Part shown: in pieces, positions 37,746 to 50,943 of the stretch | Numbering within the stretch: the first letter of the stretch is position 1 | How the letters are laid out: each line of letters starts with the position of its first letter | Origin: Octopus sinensis | Lineage: Eukaryota | Assembly (NCBI RefSeq): GCF_006345805.1 | Contig: NC_043001.1 | Location: 82,026,001 to 82,090,000 of the forward strand | Reading direction: 5' to 3' | DNA length: 64,000 nucleotides | The notes under the pieces: generated by a model | What the model was told of the DNA's origin: nothing | The model's database searches: none | The model's input: the letters and a program-made list of their open reading frames with translations, nothing else | Position numbers and translations under genes: made by a program

Positions 37746-37927
37746 GCACACACATATATACACGACGGGTTTCTTTAAGTTTCGGTCTATCAAATCCACT
37801 CACAAGTCTTTGGTCGGCCAAGGCTACAGTAGAAGACATTTGCCCAAGGTGTTACGCAGTGGGGACTGAACCCAGAACCATGTGGTTGGGAAGGAAGCTT
37901 CTTACCACACAGCCACTTCTGCGCCTT
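37520..37927 (-). mobile_element. SINE-A minus copy (37562-37927) preceded by an inverted head fragment (37520-37563)
   Basis: AGGCGCTGGAGTGGCTGTGTGGTAAGAAG on + at 37520; complementary head at about 37890-37927. Confidence 0.8.
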
Positions 37928-37972
37928 ATATATATATACAGACACATACATACACATACATACATATAATAC

Positions 37973-38144
<172 letters not shown>

Positions 38145-39611
38145 TAGATATATTATACATACATACACACACATATATGATGTCCAAATGTACGAAGAAA
38201 CTTTTATAGAAGACTTAAATTCAAAACCCTTTTAACTACTAGACATTGGTCAATCGGTTGTGCCATTTTCCCAAAATGTAAAAGTGACAAAGAAAACGGA
38301 CATAGAAGGAGAAACTTTAGCATTAGATACTACAAGAGCCAACGCAAACTTTCGTTTCTTTCCTTTTATTAATACGGAATGTAAATCGTTTGAAATACCT
38401 TCAAGAGATTAAAGCTTTCCAATGGTTTTATTTTATATTATTTCATTCTATTTCATTAGTGCTGTTGAAGGTTGCTCAGATACCCTCAGTAAACACTGGA
38501 AGATTCTAATACCCATGAAATAACAATTATTAATTCTTAAGTTATCAGGAGACAATAGAACGGAGACAGGCAACGGAATGTTGACTATAATTGTCACAAC
38601 TTGTTTAAGTCAAAATGTATTTCTGGCATCCATAAAGTCGAAATCTAAGTGGATTCTATTTTACTCCTTTTTATTCGTCTTTATTTATAAGATCGATCGT
38701 TAAACGTGCTGATCGCCAGATTCTAACAACATGATATAATAGAGGACAGATACACTAAGAGAAAAAGCGTCTTTTGTTCAGGTATACTCGTTGTATTCTG
38801 ACCAATATACGAGTGTAAAATTAGTTTTCTATGAAATCCATTAATGATTTGTTGCAATGTCTAACAGTTCAGTAATGGCGGACAGCTTCGAAAGCGGTTT
38901 CGAAAAAAATATAAAATATATAAAATAAAATAAAAATAAAACGCTAAGCAATAACAACATAACATCACAGATTACACTATAACAAGTCTTATGACCCCTT
39001 CAAGAGTGTTCTAATTGAATCCTAAAAGGGTTGAAACAAACTATTTGACAGCGTTTATTTGAAACCATACAAAGAAAAAGTGCAGAACTGGCGTTAAATC
39101 TATATGTCTAGCACTAATGGGTGGGTTTAGTGCTCTAGCTTAACTCCTCCATATATAAATATTCTGAAGTAATAAAAGGAAGCGAACATTTTATGGTTTG
39201 ATAACTTCTATGTACTGCAGTGTTGTTATAGCTTGCTGGTGTGTTTTCTCGTCCCTCCCCTCTCCCCTACCTCATCCCAATACAGCAACTCTGTCTCTCT
39301 CTCTGTTGATTTGTTAGTTTTATAACCAACCATCATTACAAGAACACCAACGCCAGCAGCACCACCACTACTGCTATTAAAGCACCTTCAAATAGTTTCT
39401 CAAAGGTTTACTTAGTGTTTGGTGAAGACAGGTGAAAGTAAATAGAACGAAGGAGGTGGCGGAAACATAGAAAGGAGCAGTTTCAGACGAGACATAAACA
39501 GGGTAAGAGCATTTAGATACTGTTCAGTATCTAATAAGGGACAGAAAAACATTAAAGGCAACGGGACTGTGGTGAGCTCACTGAGTACATTTTTTTCCTC
39601 CTCTCTCAATA

Positions 39612-39644
<33 letters not shown>

Positions 39645-39831
39645 AGAATTTTTTGCGTAATGAGATAAAAAAACCAAGGCTGTGTAGATATTAGAACATT
39701 TATAGATAGAAGGTCTTACAGCTATTTCCGAAGACGGTGTGAGAGGATGGTTAAGTAATAGTTAATTTAGATAGGATACAAAATAGAGAGTGAGGTGGAG
39801 GAAAGAAAATAGATGTGAGATATGTAGATGT

Positions 39832-39867
<36 letters not shown>

Positions 39868-39945
39868 GTAATAAATAAAAAAATATATGCATATATATAT
39901 ATTATATTTTATATATATATATATGTAATAAATAAAAATATATGC

Positions 39946-39981
<36 letters not shown>

Positions 39982-40000
39982 ATATATCTATATATATATA

Positions 40001-40054
<54 letters not shown>

Positions 40055-40600
40055 TAATATACATATATATAATATACTTACACATATATAGCCTGCTCGT
40101 GAGATTAACCCTTAAAGTAGTTCCCAAGGAGTTTCAACGCGACACAGAATGTAACAAGGCTGGTCCTTTGAAATACAGACACTAGTCATTTTTGTCAACT
40201 GAGTGGACCGGAGCAACTTGAAATAAAGTGTCTCGCCCAAGGACACAATGCACCATCTGCTATCGAACTCACGACATTACAATCATGAGTTGAATACCCT
40301 AACAGCTAAGCTACAGGCCTTCACACTCATCCGCACAATAAAGAAGGCGGAGGAGATGTTAGACAAGGGTTACACTGCGGGTCGCGAGAAGAGTGTTAGA
40401 TAAATGTTAGATTGCTTGTTCCTTACGATGTTCAAGAGCACCAAATACCAAGGGGTTCAGTGCCTGTGATGTCGATGTTTATAAGGAGTACTATCACTTA
40501 CTAACTGTCAGACTGAACGCCTTAGAAGCACTCAGCACTAGTATGTTACTAACGAAACCATCGGATTCAGGACTAAAAAATTATTACAAATATTAATTCT

Positions 40601-41008
40601 TATTCCTTTATTGTCCACAAGGGGCTAAACATCGATGGGACAAAGAAGAACATTAAGTCGGTTACATCGACCCCAGTGCGTAACTGGTACTTAATTTATC
40701 GACCCCGAAAGGATGAAAAGTAAAGTCGACCCCGGCGGAATTTGAACCCAGAACGTAACGGCAGACGAAATACCTATTTCTTTACTACCCACAAGGGGCT
40801 AAACACATACAGGACAAACAAGGACAGACAAACGGATTAAGTCGATTATATCGACCCCAGTGCGTAATTGGTACTTATTTAATCGACCCCGAAATGATGA
40901 AAGACATAGTCGACCTCGGCGGAATTTGAACTCAGAACGTAGCGGCAGACGAAATACCGCTAAGCATTTCGCCCGGCATGCTAACGTTTCTGCCAGCTCG
41001 CCACCTTA
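40601..41008 (-). mobile_element. SINE-B dimer (tRNA-derived head TAAGGTGGCGAGCTGGCAGAAACG; two bodies with Tx1-like tails)
   Basis: Units 40601-40774 and 40775-41008; flanking direct repeat TATTAATTCT at 40591-40600 and 41007-41016. Confidence 0.9.
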
Positions 41009-41019
41009 TTAATTCTGGT

Positions 41020-41800
41020 TCGGTGAGAAGTCAAGTACAACGAGGATGTTTTTAAATCTTATGCACAGAGGACTCCTGTCATCTACTAGCGGCGAGACTG
41101 AAAGCTTTAGAGGTACTTCTGTACATTACTTTGAAAAACCTTGCCAGAATCATGTTCAAAGATCGGTCCTGTCAGTATCAGAAAAATCAGCAACGTTGTG
41201 AAACTTGAGAGTCACAGTGTAATACCTGTGGGGACCACGGTGCAGTCGATTAGGTATTTGTTACCAGCAGTTTCAGGATAAATGCAAGGAGCGATATCAG
41301 GAACCGTTTGATGCATCTTTGTATTTATCAAAAACATTAGATTTTAAATAGAGGACTTTTACGAAATGGTGTCATAAAATTTGGCTACGCGCTGAAATTC
41401 GTGAACCTCCTTCCTCCCTTTCACACAAAAGGATGACTCAAGTTGTTGCTTAAGACAAAAGTCTGAGCTCTTCAGTTTAATAACAAGTGTTAGGTAGGGT
41501 GACATGCTGACACCTGTATTGTTAAATATCTTCCGAGTCTGTATGATCACACTGATACACAAAAGGATGGAAGGAGAAGCAGTAGTCACTATTAACATGC
41601 ATCCTGTTAAGAATAATTTCACTAAAAGAAGGCTGTCGACTACCTATAAGCTTAGATTCAGAGAAATTATGGAGCTATATGATACTGATGAAAGTGTTCC
41701 TTTAAATCACATGGTGAAAAACCCCACAAGCCTTCATCACAACCGCAATTACAACTTTTAAAATGAATTGACTTGAGGGTTAGTATCCAGGAAAATGAGG
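41020..41800 (+). pseudogene. Highly degraded RTE-like LINE reverse-transcriptase remnant
   Basis: Decayed motifs: FRGTSV...LARIM (RT domain 1), GVR*GDMLTPVLLNIF (QGD motif), ELYDTDES (YADD region). Confidence 0.6.
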
Positions 41801-42133
41801 TTATTTTTCAGTGACGCGCTGTAACGTCTTATTCTCATTGTTTCATTACAGCAACAAATAAAATTACCTCGAATTCAGACAGTACAGTTTTGGTTATCCT
41901 AGGGCGCTTGAATGAAACAGATTTTTTAGTTTGGAATCGCTCTTTAAATTGATTCAGAACCTGCTTCATGTGTTACCCAACAGCGTAGAATTACGAAAAA
42001 CAGAACAAAAGAGAATAAAACTACCACATCCATAAACTGTAAGTTAAACAAAGTAAGTTTTAACACAGAATGTTTGTACATTTTCGGCACCCCAGCAACA
42101 CCAGATTCTTCTTCTTCTTCTTCTTCTTCTTCT

Positions 42134-42168
<35 letters not shown>

Positions 42169-42217
42169 TCCTCCTCCTCCTCCTTCTTCTTCTTCTCCTC
42201 CTCCTCCTCCTCCTCCT

Positions 42218-42276
<59 letters not shown>

Positions 42277-42952
42277 GTGCGTTTGTGTGCGCGCGCGCGT
42301 GCGAGTGAGTAAATATATATACATGCATACATGCATATGTGTGTGTGTGTGTGTGTGTGTGCCTTTACATATTCCCCATTTTAGTGTAGTAGCAAGTGTA
42401 GTAGCACCCCTGACTCTCTTTAAACTCAATGCAATCTAATCTTTCTTTAACAAGTTTCACCCTATCTATATTTCTTTCCTATATACTTTCTCTTGTATAT
42501 TTTATTTTCTTTTCTACAGTTTATACATTTATATTTACAATTATTTACAATTATTTTATGTGTTTATTTAACACAAGGAGAATTGTAGTAAAGCCCCATT
42601 CTTTAATAAAGTGGAAAATACCAACATGACATCCTGGACTTAGTATTTTTAGCGGGACACTACATTCTGTATGCATGTACCTGACGTGACCCAGACTGCA
42701 AAACTGATGCAACACAATATGATGTACAACATTTCACTCATAAAGGACAGTCGTAGGATGGGTCTAACGATCGTCGTACGAAGTAAAGACTAATAGCAAA
42801 TCCATCTCCTGTTTCCTCAATCGATTATATTATAAACTTCTGTCTATTTTAAGCTTATGTATACACATTAGCGATTCGCTAAATCATCCATGGATTTGTA
42901 TGATGAAAACTTATATACAGACAGTGAATTAAGTCCGATATCTACCGAAGAG

Positions 42953-43003
42953 TCCTTACTGATGAAGCAACGGAGGTTGCCGAAACTGAATTCAGTATAA
43001 GGA
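42953..43003 (+). ncRNA. Type I hammerhead ribozyme
   Basis: TCCTTA-CTGATGA-aGCAAC(GGAG)GTTGCc-GAA-ACTG(AATT)CAGT-A-TAAGGA; 6-bp stem I, 4-bp palindromic stem III, GUA triplet. Confidence 0.82.
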
Positions 43004-43232
43004 ATTCCAGAACGGTGTTTTCGGACGATTATAGTCTTTGTCTGTGTATATGTACATAATTATGTGTTTGACTACAGCATTAGAGCATTTCAGTTCTTAT
43101 TTCTAGCAATATAAGTATTTATAACACCCTAGTCGCATTTAGTGACTATTATAGTTTCTTTTTGGTAAAACTTTGCAAACTGCTGTCTATTTTCATTATA
43201 TATAATATTATATATATATATATATATATATC

Positions 43233-43314
<82 letters not shown>

Positions 43315-43963
43315 TATATAGAGAGAGAGGAGAGAGAGAGAGAGAGTGAGAGAGAAAGAGGTAGATAGATATAGATATAGATATGCATGTACTCACATTT
43401 CAAATTTCATATATTTTCAGCGGATACACAAGCACACACCAGTACACGCAAAATGATTATAATACACGGAGTGTATAAAGTACATATTTATATAAAAGCC
43501 ATATATTTTCGCTTACGCACATATTTTCATCCACCTACACTGGCGCATGCAGAAGCAATTAAATATATGCTAAGAGAGAGACAGAGAGACAGAGAGACAG
43601 AGAGAGTTTTAAACAGACATATTTAATTCGGTGAAATAAGTTGCTGTTCAAAGTAGTTTGCTGTGAAACGTTAGCAGTGTGTAAAATGAGGCACATTTTC
43701 AACTGATTGTCATTTTAATTAGCAATAAAAGGACAATTGGTGTGTAGAATATTAAACATGCTGTTATCTGATCAATTACACCAGTCCTCATACCTCATGT
43801 AAGAACCTATCCTACATAGAACTAACACACTACAGGAAATCCTCGACTTAAATGAGTTGTCAGAAAACAATTTACTGAACAAGATTGTCTTTTTTCTCCA
43901 AAATGCACTGCTGTTAAGAAACAATTTTATTACATTATTTTCAAGCATTAGAACTAATTATTA

Positions 43964-44025
<62 letters not shown>

Positions 44026-44042
44026 CGTCATCATCATCATCA

Positions 44043-44120
<78 letters not shown>

Positions 44121-44145
44121 TTATTACTATTGTTGTTGTTGTTGT

Positions 44146-44335
44146 TAAGGTGGCGAGATAGCAGAATAATTAGCGTTCCGGGCGAAAATCTTTGCAGTAT
44201 TGCACCCGGTGCTACGTTTTGAGTTCAAATTCCGCCGAGGTCAACTTTGCCTTTCATCCTCTTGGGGATCGATTAAATAAGTACCAGTTATGCACTCGAG
44301 TCGTCCCCTCCACAATGCTGCCCTTGAGGTAAAAT
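44146..44335 (+). mobile_element. SINE-B copy
   Basis: TAAGGTGGCGAGATAGCAGAA...GAGTTCAAATTCCGCCGAGGTC...TAAGTACCAGTT. Confidence 0.8.
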
Positions 44336-44355
44336 CATCATCATCATTATTATTA

Positions 44356-44407
<52 letters not shown>

Positions 44408-44836
44408 GTTATATTTGTTGTTATTATATTATTATATTATTATTTTATTATTATTATTATATATTATTTGTGTGTTGTTGTTATTATATTATTATTATTA
44501 TTATTATTATATATTATTATTATTATATGAGAGAGCAGTACATACCATCAAAGTGACACAGGGATAAAATATACGAAACCCTGTATACCCATCATGACAG
44601 CCCATCTGACAAGGGTACACCTGACACATGCATCACAACCATATGTGTGCGACATGGTGATCTCATTTCAAGATAAACAGCGCATGACCTTGCAGGTGGG
44701 GCCCAGTTTCTTTAGGTCGAATAGCCCATCCCACTGAAAAGGTCCCTCAATAAGGGTCGTTTAAGGATGTTGAACGAAACACCAATGTTTCCAGAGGTGA
44801 ATTATTCAAACCCCAAAGAATTCCTCTCAACATATA

Positions 44837-45070
44837 TATTTCTTTACTACCCACAAGCGGCTACACACAGAGGGAACAAACAAGGACAGGCAAACGGATT
44901 AAGTCGATTACATCGACCCCAGTGCGTAACTGGTACTTGATTTATCGACCCCGAAAGGATGAAAGGCAAAGTCGACCTCGGCGGAATTTGAACTCGGAAC
45001 GTAAAGAGAGACGAAATACGGCTACGCACTTCGCCCGGCGTGCTAACGTTTCTGCCAACTCGCCGCCTTA
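44837..45070 (-). mobile_element. Young SINE-B with Tx1-like tail and 16-17-bp TSD
   Basis: TSD TTCCTCTCAACATATA at 44821-44836 and 45071-45086; ends in GAAATA with no poly(A). Confidence 0.93.
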
Positions 45071-45415
45071 TTCCTCTCAACATATAGCTATGTTGCTCCA
45101 CGACTAGCTGTGCTCAAGATCAGGGATGCAGATATCATCAGCCACTAAGGGACATGTTCAGAATGTTAAGGTCAAGCAACTGACAAGCAAATCTGTGGTA
45201 TTGAGCAGAATATTTGTTGTAGCTCCTTCTTTTATACCAAGACAAAACAATGTACATAACACTTCCATTCAGTTAAGACCAGAAGCTTCGGTCGGATGGA
45301 GGTGCCACGCAGTGGGACTGAACCCGGGATCAAGCCTCTTACTACACAAATACGCTTGCTCTTATATATGAACAATGTCTTCACACACACACACACACAC
45401 ACGCACACACACACA

Positions 45416-45452
<37 letters not shown>

Positions 45453-45761
45453 CTGAACTACAAAAGAAACGTCGCACTGTGAAAGATTATCTATTTCACA
45501 CACGATATTGAGATTATAGGTATTTTATCACATTCTAGGTAATTTAACATCAGGAAGATGTCACTGACCCACAACACCACTCTCTTTTGAAAGCACAAGG
45601 ATTGCTTGTAGGGCCCGAACTCGCTCACTTTTCATGAACATAGTAATGTTCAATAACGCATCTTTATGAAAAGCATGATGCACTGGCAAAATGTTGAGTC
45701 GTTGGGTATAAGAGGCACCCAAATTTACCAGCTTGTCGTTCGTTTCCCGAACGTAGCCAGC

Positions 45762-46992
45762 ATGCCTAGACTGACACGAAATCAGTCGGGGCAAGCCATC
45801 AGACGTCTCCATGCTATTCACCGCCCATGGGTCCTTGTTAATAACTTGAACTGCAGTATTCGGACAATTGAGCGGTTGAGGAAAAGATACAATGCCACAA
45901 ACAGCAAGGATGATCGTCCACGCAGTGGGTGACCGAGGGTTACAATAGCACGTCAAGACCGTTACCTGCACCGACAGCACTTGCAAGATCGATTCCAGAG
46001 GGCAACGGAATCAGTTAGGCAGACCATATGGAACTCACTACACACCCATTTGTGCAGAGACAGTTCACCGCCGGCTGTCTTGTTGACGTCCAGCTAGGGG
46101 CTCGATCATCACAAATTGTCATCGACGGGTATGTCTGCAGTGGGCTCAAAAACGTCAGAACTGGCGATATCAGCCGTGAAGGACTATAGTCTTCTCTGAC
46201 GAAAGTCGATATTGTATTTCTGAGGAAGATGGCAGAGCTAGGTCTTGGAGAAGAAGGGGTGAACGCCATGCCGATGGCTGTGTGATGGAGAGAGACTCAT
46301 GGTGATGGTAGAACATCATCGCATGAGGTGGGATTAAACTCAACCGGAAACTTGGACTAGTGGACTTCTAAAATATCGGACAAGGCCGGGGCAATGGAGT
46401 AACCGCCGCTCGCTACATCGACCAAGTGTTGAGACCTCACATTGTCATATTTTGCCCGTCATCGGAATCACGTGTTCCAACACGACAATACTCGTGTCCA
46501 TTCTACCAGGTTGACAAAAGACTTCTTCCAACAGCACAACATCCAGACACTGCTATGATCTGCCCTAAGTCCGGACTTGAATCCCTTAGAGCAGTGCTTT
46601 TCAAACTTTTTGCTGGAGCGGAACCCCAAGGAAACATTCCACTGGCTCGAGGAACCCCTGTGCAATAATTTAATAGTCTTATGCACACATATCTGCACAG
46701 GAGAATTAAAAATTGCTGCCGATTTTAGCAGTTTTGTAACTTCTTGCGGAACCCCTGGACTGTACTGGCGGAACCCTGGTTGAAAACCACTGCCTTAGAG
46801 CACCTGTTGGACGAAATACAAAGAAGGCAAAATGACATCCGTCCAAAGCCGACAACTGCGGTACAACTCACTGCAAGTTTTAACAGAGTGTGGACTACTG
46901 TCCTCATGTCCTTCATCAATCTTTTGGTGCGTTCAATGTACAGAAGATGCCTGGCGGTAATCAAAGCTAACGGTTGTTACACGAGATATTGA
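45762..46992 (+). pseudogene. Tc1 DDE transposase pseudogene
   Basis: MPRLTRNQ...DDRPRSG* (HTH), VFSDES (D1), QHDN-like (D2), SPDLNPL|EH (D3, split by a MITE), ...RRCLAVIKANGCYTRY*. Confidence 0.88.
46592..46792. mobile_element. 201-bp hAT-type MITE with 8-bp TSD
   Basis: TIRs CAGTGCTTTTCAA / TTGAAAACCACTG; TSD CCTTAGAG at 46584-46591 and 46793-46800. Confidence 0.92.
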
Positions 46993-48789
46993 GTTCATCT
47001 CTTTGGATCCAGGACACTGTCATCACGTGACATCATGTGACGTCAGACATGTTTCAGGAATTGACGTTTTATCATTAGCGAAAGAAGGGTTTCTTAATTA
47101 GCACTCATCAATCAATACTATGGCAGTCTGTTAATAAACTGGTTTCTATTTAGTATGTGTGCGACGTTTCTTTTGTGGTTCAATTTATATATATATATAT
47201 ATAGAGAGAGAGAGATAAATAGATAGATAGATAGATAGATATAGATACATACATACAAACACACATACATACTAATATAAATATTCACACACATATGTGT
47301 GCGTGTGTAACTTCGTCTGTGTATGTGTGTGCGTGCGTGTGTCTTCGTGTATGTATTTTAACTCCAAGTTCAGCTGACAACTGGTGCGTACATGTGTGTA
47401 CCTCACCGCCTCTTAATTGGTGTTAGTTTGCTTGCGTTCACGTAACCTACCGGTTCGGCACAAGAAACTGGATAAATGAATACCAGACTTAAAAGAACAA
47501 TAAGTACTGGGGTCGATTTGTTCCACTAAACCCTTCGAGGTAGTGCCCCAGCATGGTCGCAGTGCAATGTCTAAAGGAAGCGATAAAAGATAAAAGATAA
47601 ATTTGAATTCAGCAAAAGCGGAGGTAGAAACATCGGCTTTAGTGCCGGAAGGCTGGAATTCCCGGGGATATTGCCAGCCTTCATCGTGTCGTAGAATATA
47701 ATAAAAAAAATATGACAAACAATTGCCTTCTACTTTAAATATTTCTGTAGCACAGTACTCTCGATATAATGATCACATCCTCATCGATTCGCAGTGTTTA
47801 AGGATAGAAGAGCGAAGAACACGCTATGTGTATAGACAACACAAAGCAAATTCTATCTATGATAGTATTCATGGCCGCCCATAGTAGAAAAGTATTTCCA
47901 TCTGGTTTCTAGGCTTTCGCAGTCTTCTTTTTTAACCCTTTAAAAAAAAAAAATATGCTATATTTATTTCGCTTTCCCTGTGCTTCTCTCTTCTTTTGGT
48001 TCCCATTGATGAAAGACTAACGTCCGAAATGTCGACTTGCACTTTCTTATATTGAAGCGTTAACTAATACCATATTTATTTATCTAACTGTTCTGCTTCG
48101 TCCTTCTTTATTGCCGAAGTTTCGGCCTGCCTGCTAGCCTACATCAGACTCGATATAAAAACAAACTTTGTGTGTGTGTCTTGCATTATATAAATACATA
48201 TACGCACGCTTGCACGCTTGCACGCACAAACACACATACACAGACCCATATATATATATACATCTCTCTTACTCTCTTTCTCTCTCTATGTATATATATA
48301 TGCATACGTATACAAGCTTAAACACATACACATAAACGATAAATGTGTGTATGTGACTTTGTATCTGTGTGTATGTACGTACATGTATGTATTTGTGTAC
48401 ATGTGTATGTATATGTCCCTATATGTTCATCTGTCTCCTGTAATATTAGCCTACCTTCTATCTCACTGCCTCTTATTAAAAGACATTATCTTCGTACGTT
48501 TCATATTTCGCTTTTATACAAAACAAGCAGACATTTTATCCCGTCTTGATTTTCGCTGCCATCATCATCATCATCCTTTATTTTCTCCTCCCACTCTATT
48601 TATTCATTTCACTCATTTACTGTTTGAGTTATTGGAGCATGTGTATTACACTAGCAATTAGACAGTTCCAATTAGATATTAAATGTTTCAAGACAATTAC
48701 TTAATATCCGCTTTTACTTTCTGTTTTGATGTTTCCCGGTATTTTGACAATAAATATGGACACTAAACTAACTAAACAGTTGATATACT

Positions 48790-49790
48790 AACAACAATGA
48801 TCAAACACACACATACACACACACATATTATGAACACACATACATTCATACATACGTGCATACATCCATTCATATATACATGTATATATATATGCACACA
48901 TACATGCACACATATATACACATACAAACATACATACATACATAAGTACATACATACATACATACATACACACTTACATGTATGCATACACACATACATA
49001 CAGATACATACACACATACAATACCACACATACATAACATACATACATATACACACATATACATACACACATACAGAACCACACACATACATAACATACA
49101 TACATATACACACATATACATACACACATACATATACATACATACACACACACAGAACCACATACATACGTAACATACATACATATACACACACATACAC
49201 ACACATACATAATATACATACATATACACACATATACATACACACATACATATACATACATACACACACACAGAACCACACACATACGTAACATACATAC
49301 ATATATACACACATACACACACATACATAATATACATACATATACACACATATACATACACACATACATATACATACATACACACATACAGAACCACACA
49401 CATACGTAACATACATACATATACACACGCATACACACACATACATAATATACATACATATACACACATATACATACACACATACACACATACAGAGCCA
49501 CACACATACGTAACATACATATATATACACACACATACATAATATACATACATATACACACATACATACACACATACATAACCACACACATATATAACAT
49601 ACATATATATACATATATACACATACATTCACACACATACATGCACACATACATACAACATACATACACACATACATACACATACATACACACATGCATA
49701 ACCACAGACATACGTAACATACATACATATACACAGGCATACATACATACAAACATACACGTACACACACTCACGCGTGTTTACATACAG
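48790..49790. repeat. Higher-order (CA/TA) microsatellite array with about 118-bp units
   Basis: AGAACCACA landmarks at 49075, 49154, 49272 and 49390. Confidence 0.85.
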
Positions 49791-49879
49791 ACGCCACATT
49801 CCACCTTAAGCACAACACAACGTCAATCCGGGCGACCAACCCAGAGGATGGGTTATTAAATTATTTGTTTCTGCTCAGT

Positions 49880-50900
49880 TGAGTTGTTGTTGTTGTTGTT
49901 GTTGCTGCTGCTGCTGCTGTCGCCGTATCGTCATCGTCGTCGTCGTCGTCATTGTCGTTGTCGTTGATAATGTTGCTGTTGTCATCTTTGGTGTCATTTC
50001 GACATTGTTGTTTCTGATGCTGGTGGTAGTGCTGAGAATAGTGTTAGTGGTGGTGGTGATGGTGGTGGTGGTTGTGACCTAGAAGTGGTGGTAATGGTGT
50101 TAGTGGTGTTGGTGATGGTGGTGGTGGTTGTGGCTTAGAAGTGGTGGTAATGGTGTTAGTGGTGTTGGTGATGGTGGTGGTGGTTGTGGCTTAGAAGTGG
50201 TGGTAATGGTGTTAGTGATGGTGGTGGTGGTTGTGGCTTAGAAGTAGTGGTAATGGTGTTAGTGGTGTTAGCGATGGTGGTGGTGGTTGTGGCTTAGAAG
50301 TGGTGGTAATGGTGGTGATGGTGATGCGATAGCGTTGATGATGATGGTGGTGGCATTGGTGGGGATGGTAGCGGTGTTGTTTTGTTGATGGCATTCATGT
50401 TGTTGTTGTTGTTGCTGATGCTGATGTTGATGTTGGCGGTGATAATGATGGTAATGGTGGTAATGGTGGAGGTGTTGCTGCTGATTTTAGTCGCGGCAGT
50501 ATTGGTGATAGTGTCGGTGGTGCTGCTGATGGCGGTGGTAATGATAGCGGTGGTAGTGGTGGTGATGGTAGTGATAGCGGTGGTAGTGGTGGTGATGGTA
50601 GTGGTGGTGACGGTAGTGGTGGTGATGGTAGTGGTGGTGATGGTAGTGGTGGTGACGGTAGTGGTGGTGACGGTAGTGGTGGTGATGGTAGTGTTGGTGA
50701 TGGTAGTGGTGGTGACAGTAGGGTGGTGATGTTAGTGGTGGTGATGTTAGTGGTGGTGATGGTAGTGGTGGTGATGGTAGTGGTGGTGATGGTAGTGGTG
50801 GTGATGGTACTGGTGGTGATGGTACTGGTGGTGATGGTAATGGTGGTGGCGGTAGTGATTGCTCTACTACTGTTTTGCCATCGTCGTCTCTACTGCTACT
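49880..50900. repeat. GGT/GTT/GAT trinucleotide mosaic including about 5 copies of a 56-bp minisatellite
   Basis: AGAAG landmarks at 50081, 50137, 50193, 50240 and 50296. Confidence 0.9.
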
Positions 50901-50943
50901 GCTGCTGCTCAGATCGATCACCCCAGATTTTCTGATTGAACAG

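Larger units (their letters stand above)
45453..47184 (+). mobile_element. Tc1-family DNA transposon, full length and decayed, inserted in (TA)n
   Basis: About 25-bp TIRs CTGAACTACAAAAGAAACGTCGCAC / GTGCGACGTTTCTTTTGTGGTTCAAT; TA-rich flanks. Confidence 0.9.

Noticed and set aside
39416-39502. 87-bp AG/GT-bounded segment with a strong donor
   Set aside because: Stop codons in all three frames and a weak acceptor
50040-50300. Mucin-like tandem repeat
   Set aside because: Unit length is 56 bp (one is 47 bp), not a multiple of 3
50040-50300. CRISPR-like repeat-spacer array
   Set aside because: Eukaryotic context; tandem units have no unique spacers and there are no cas genes in the window
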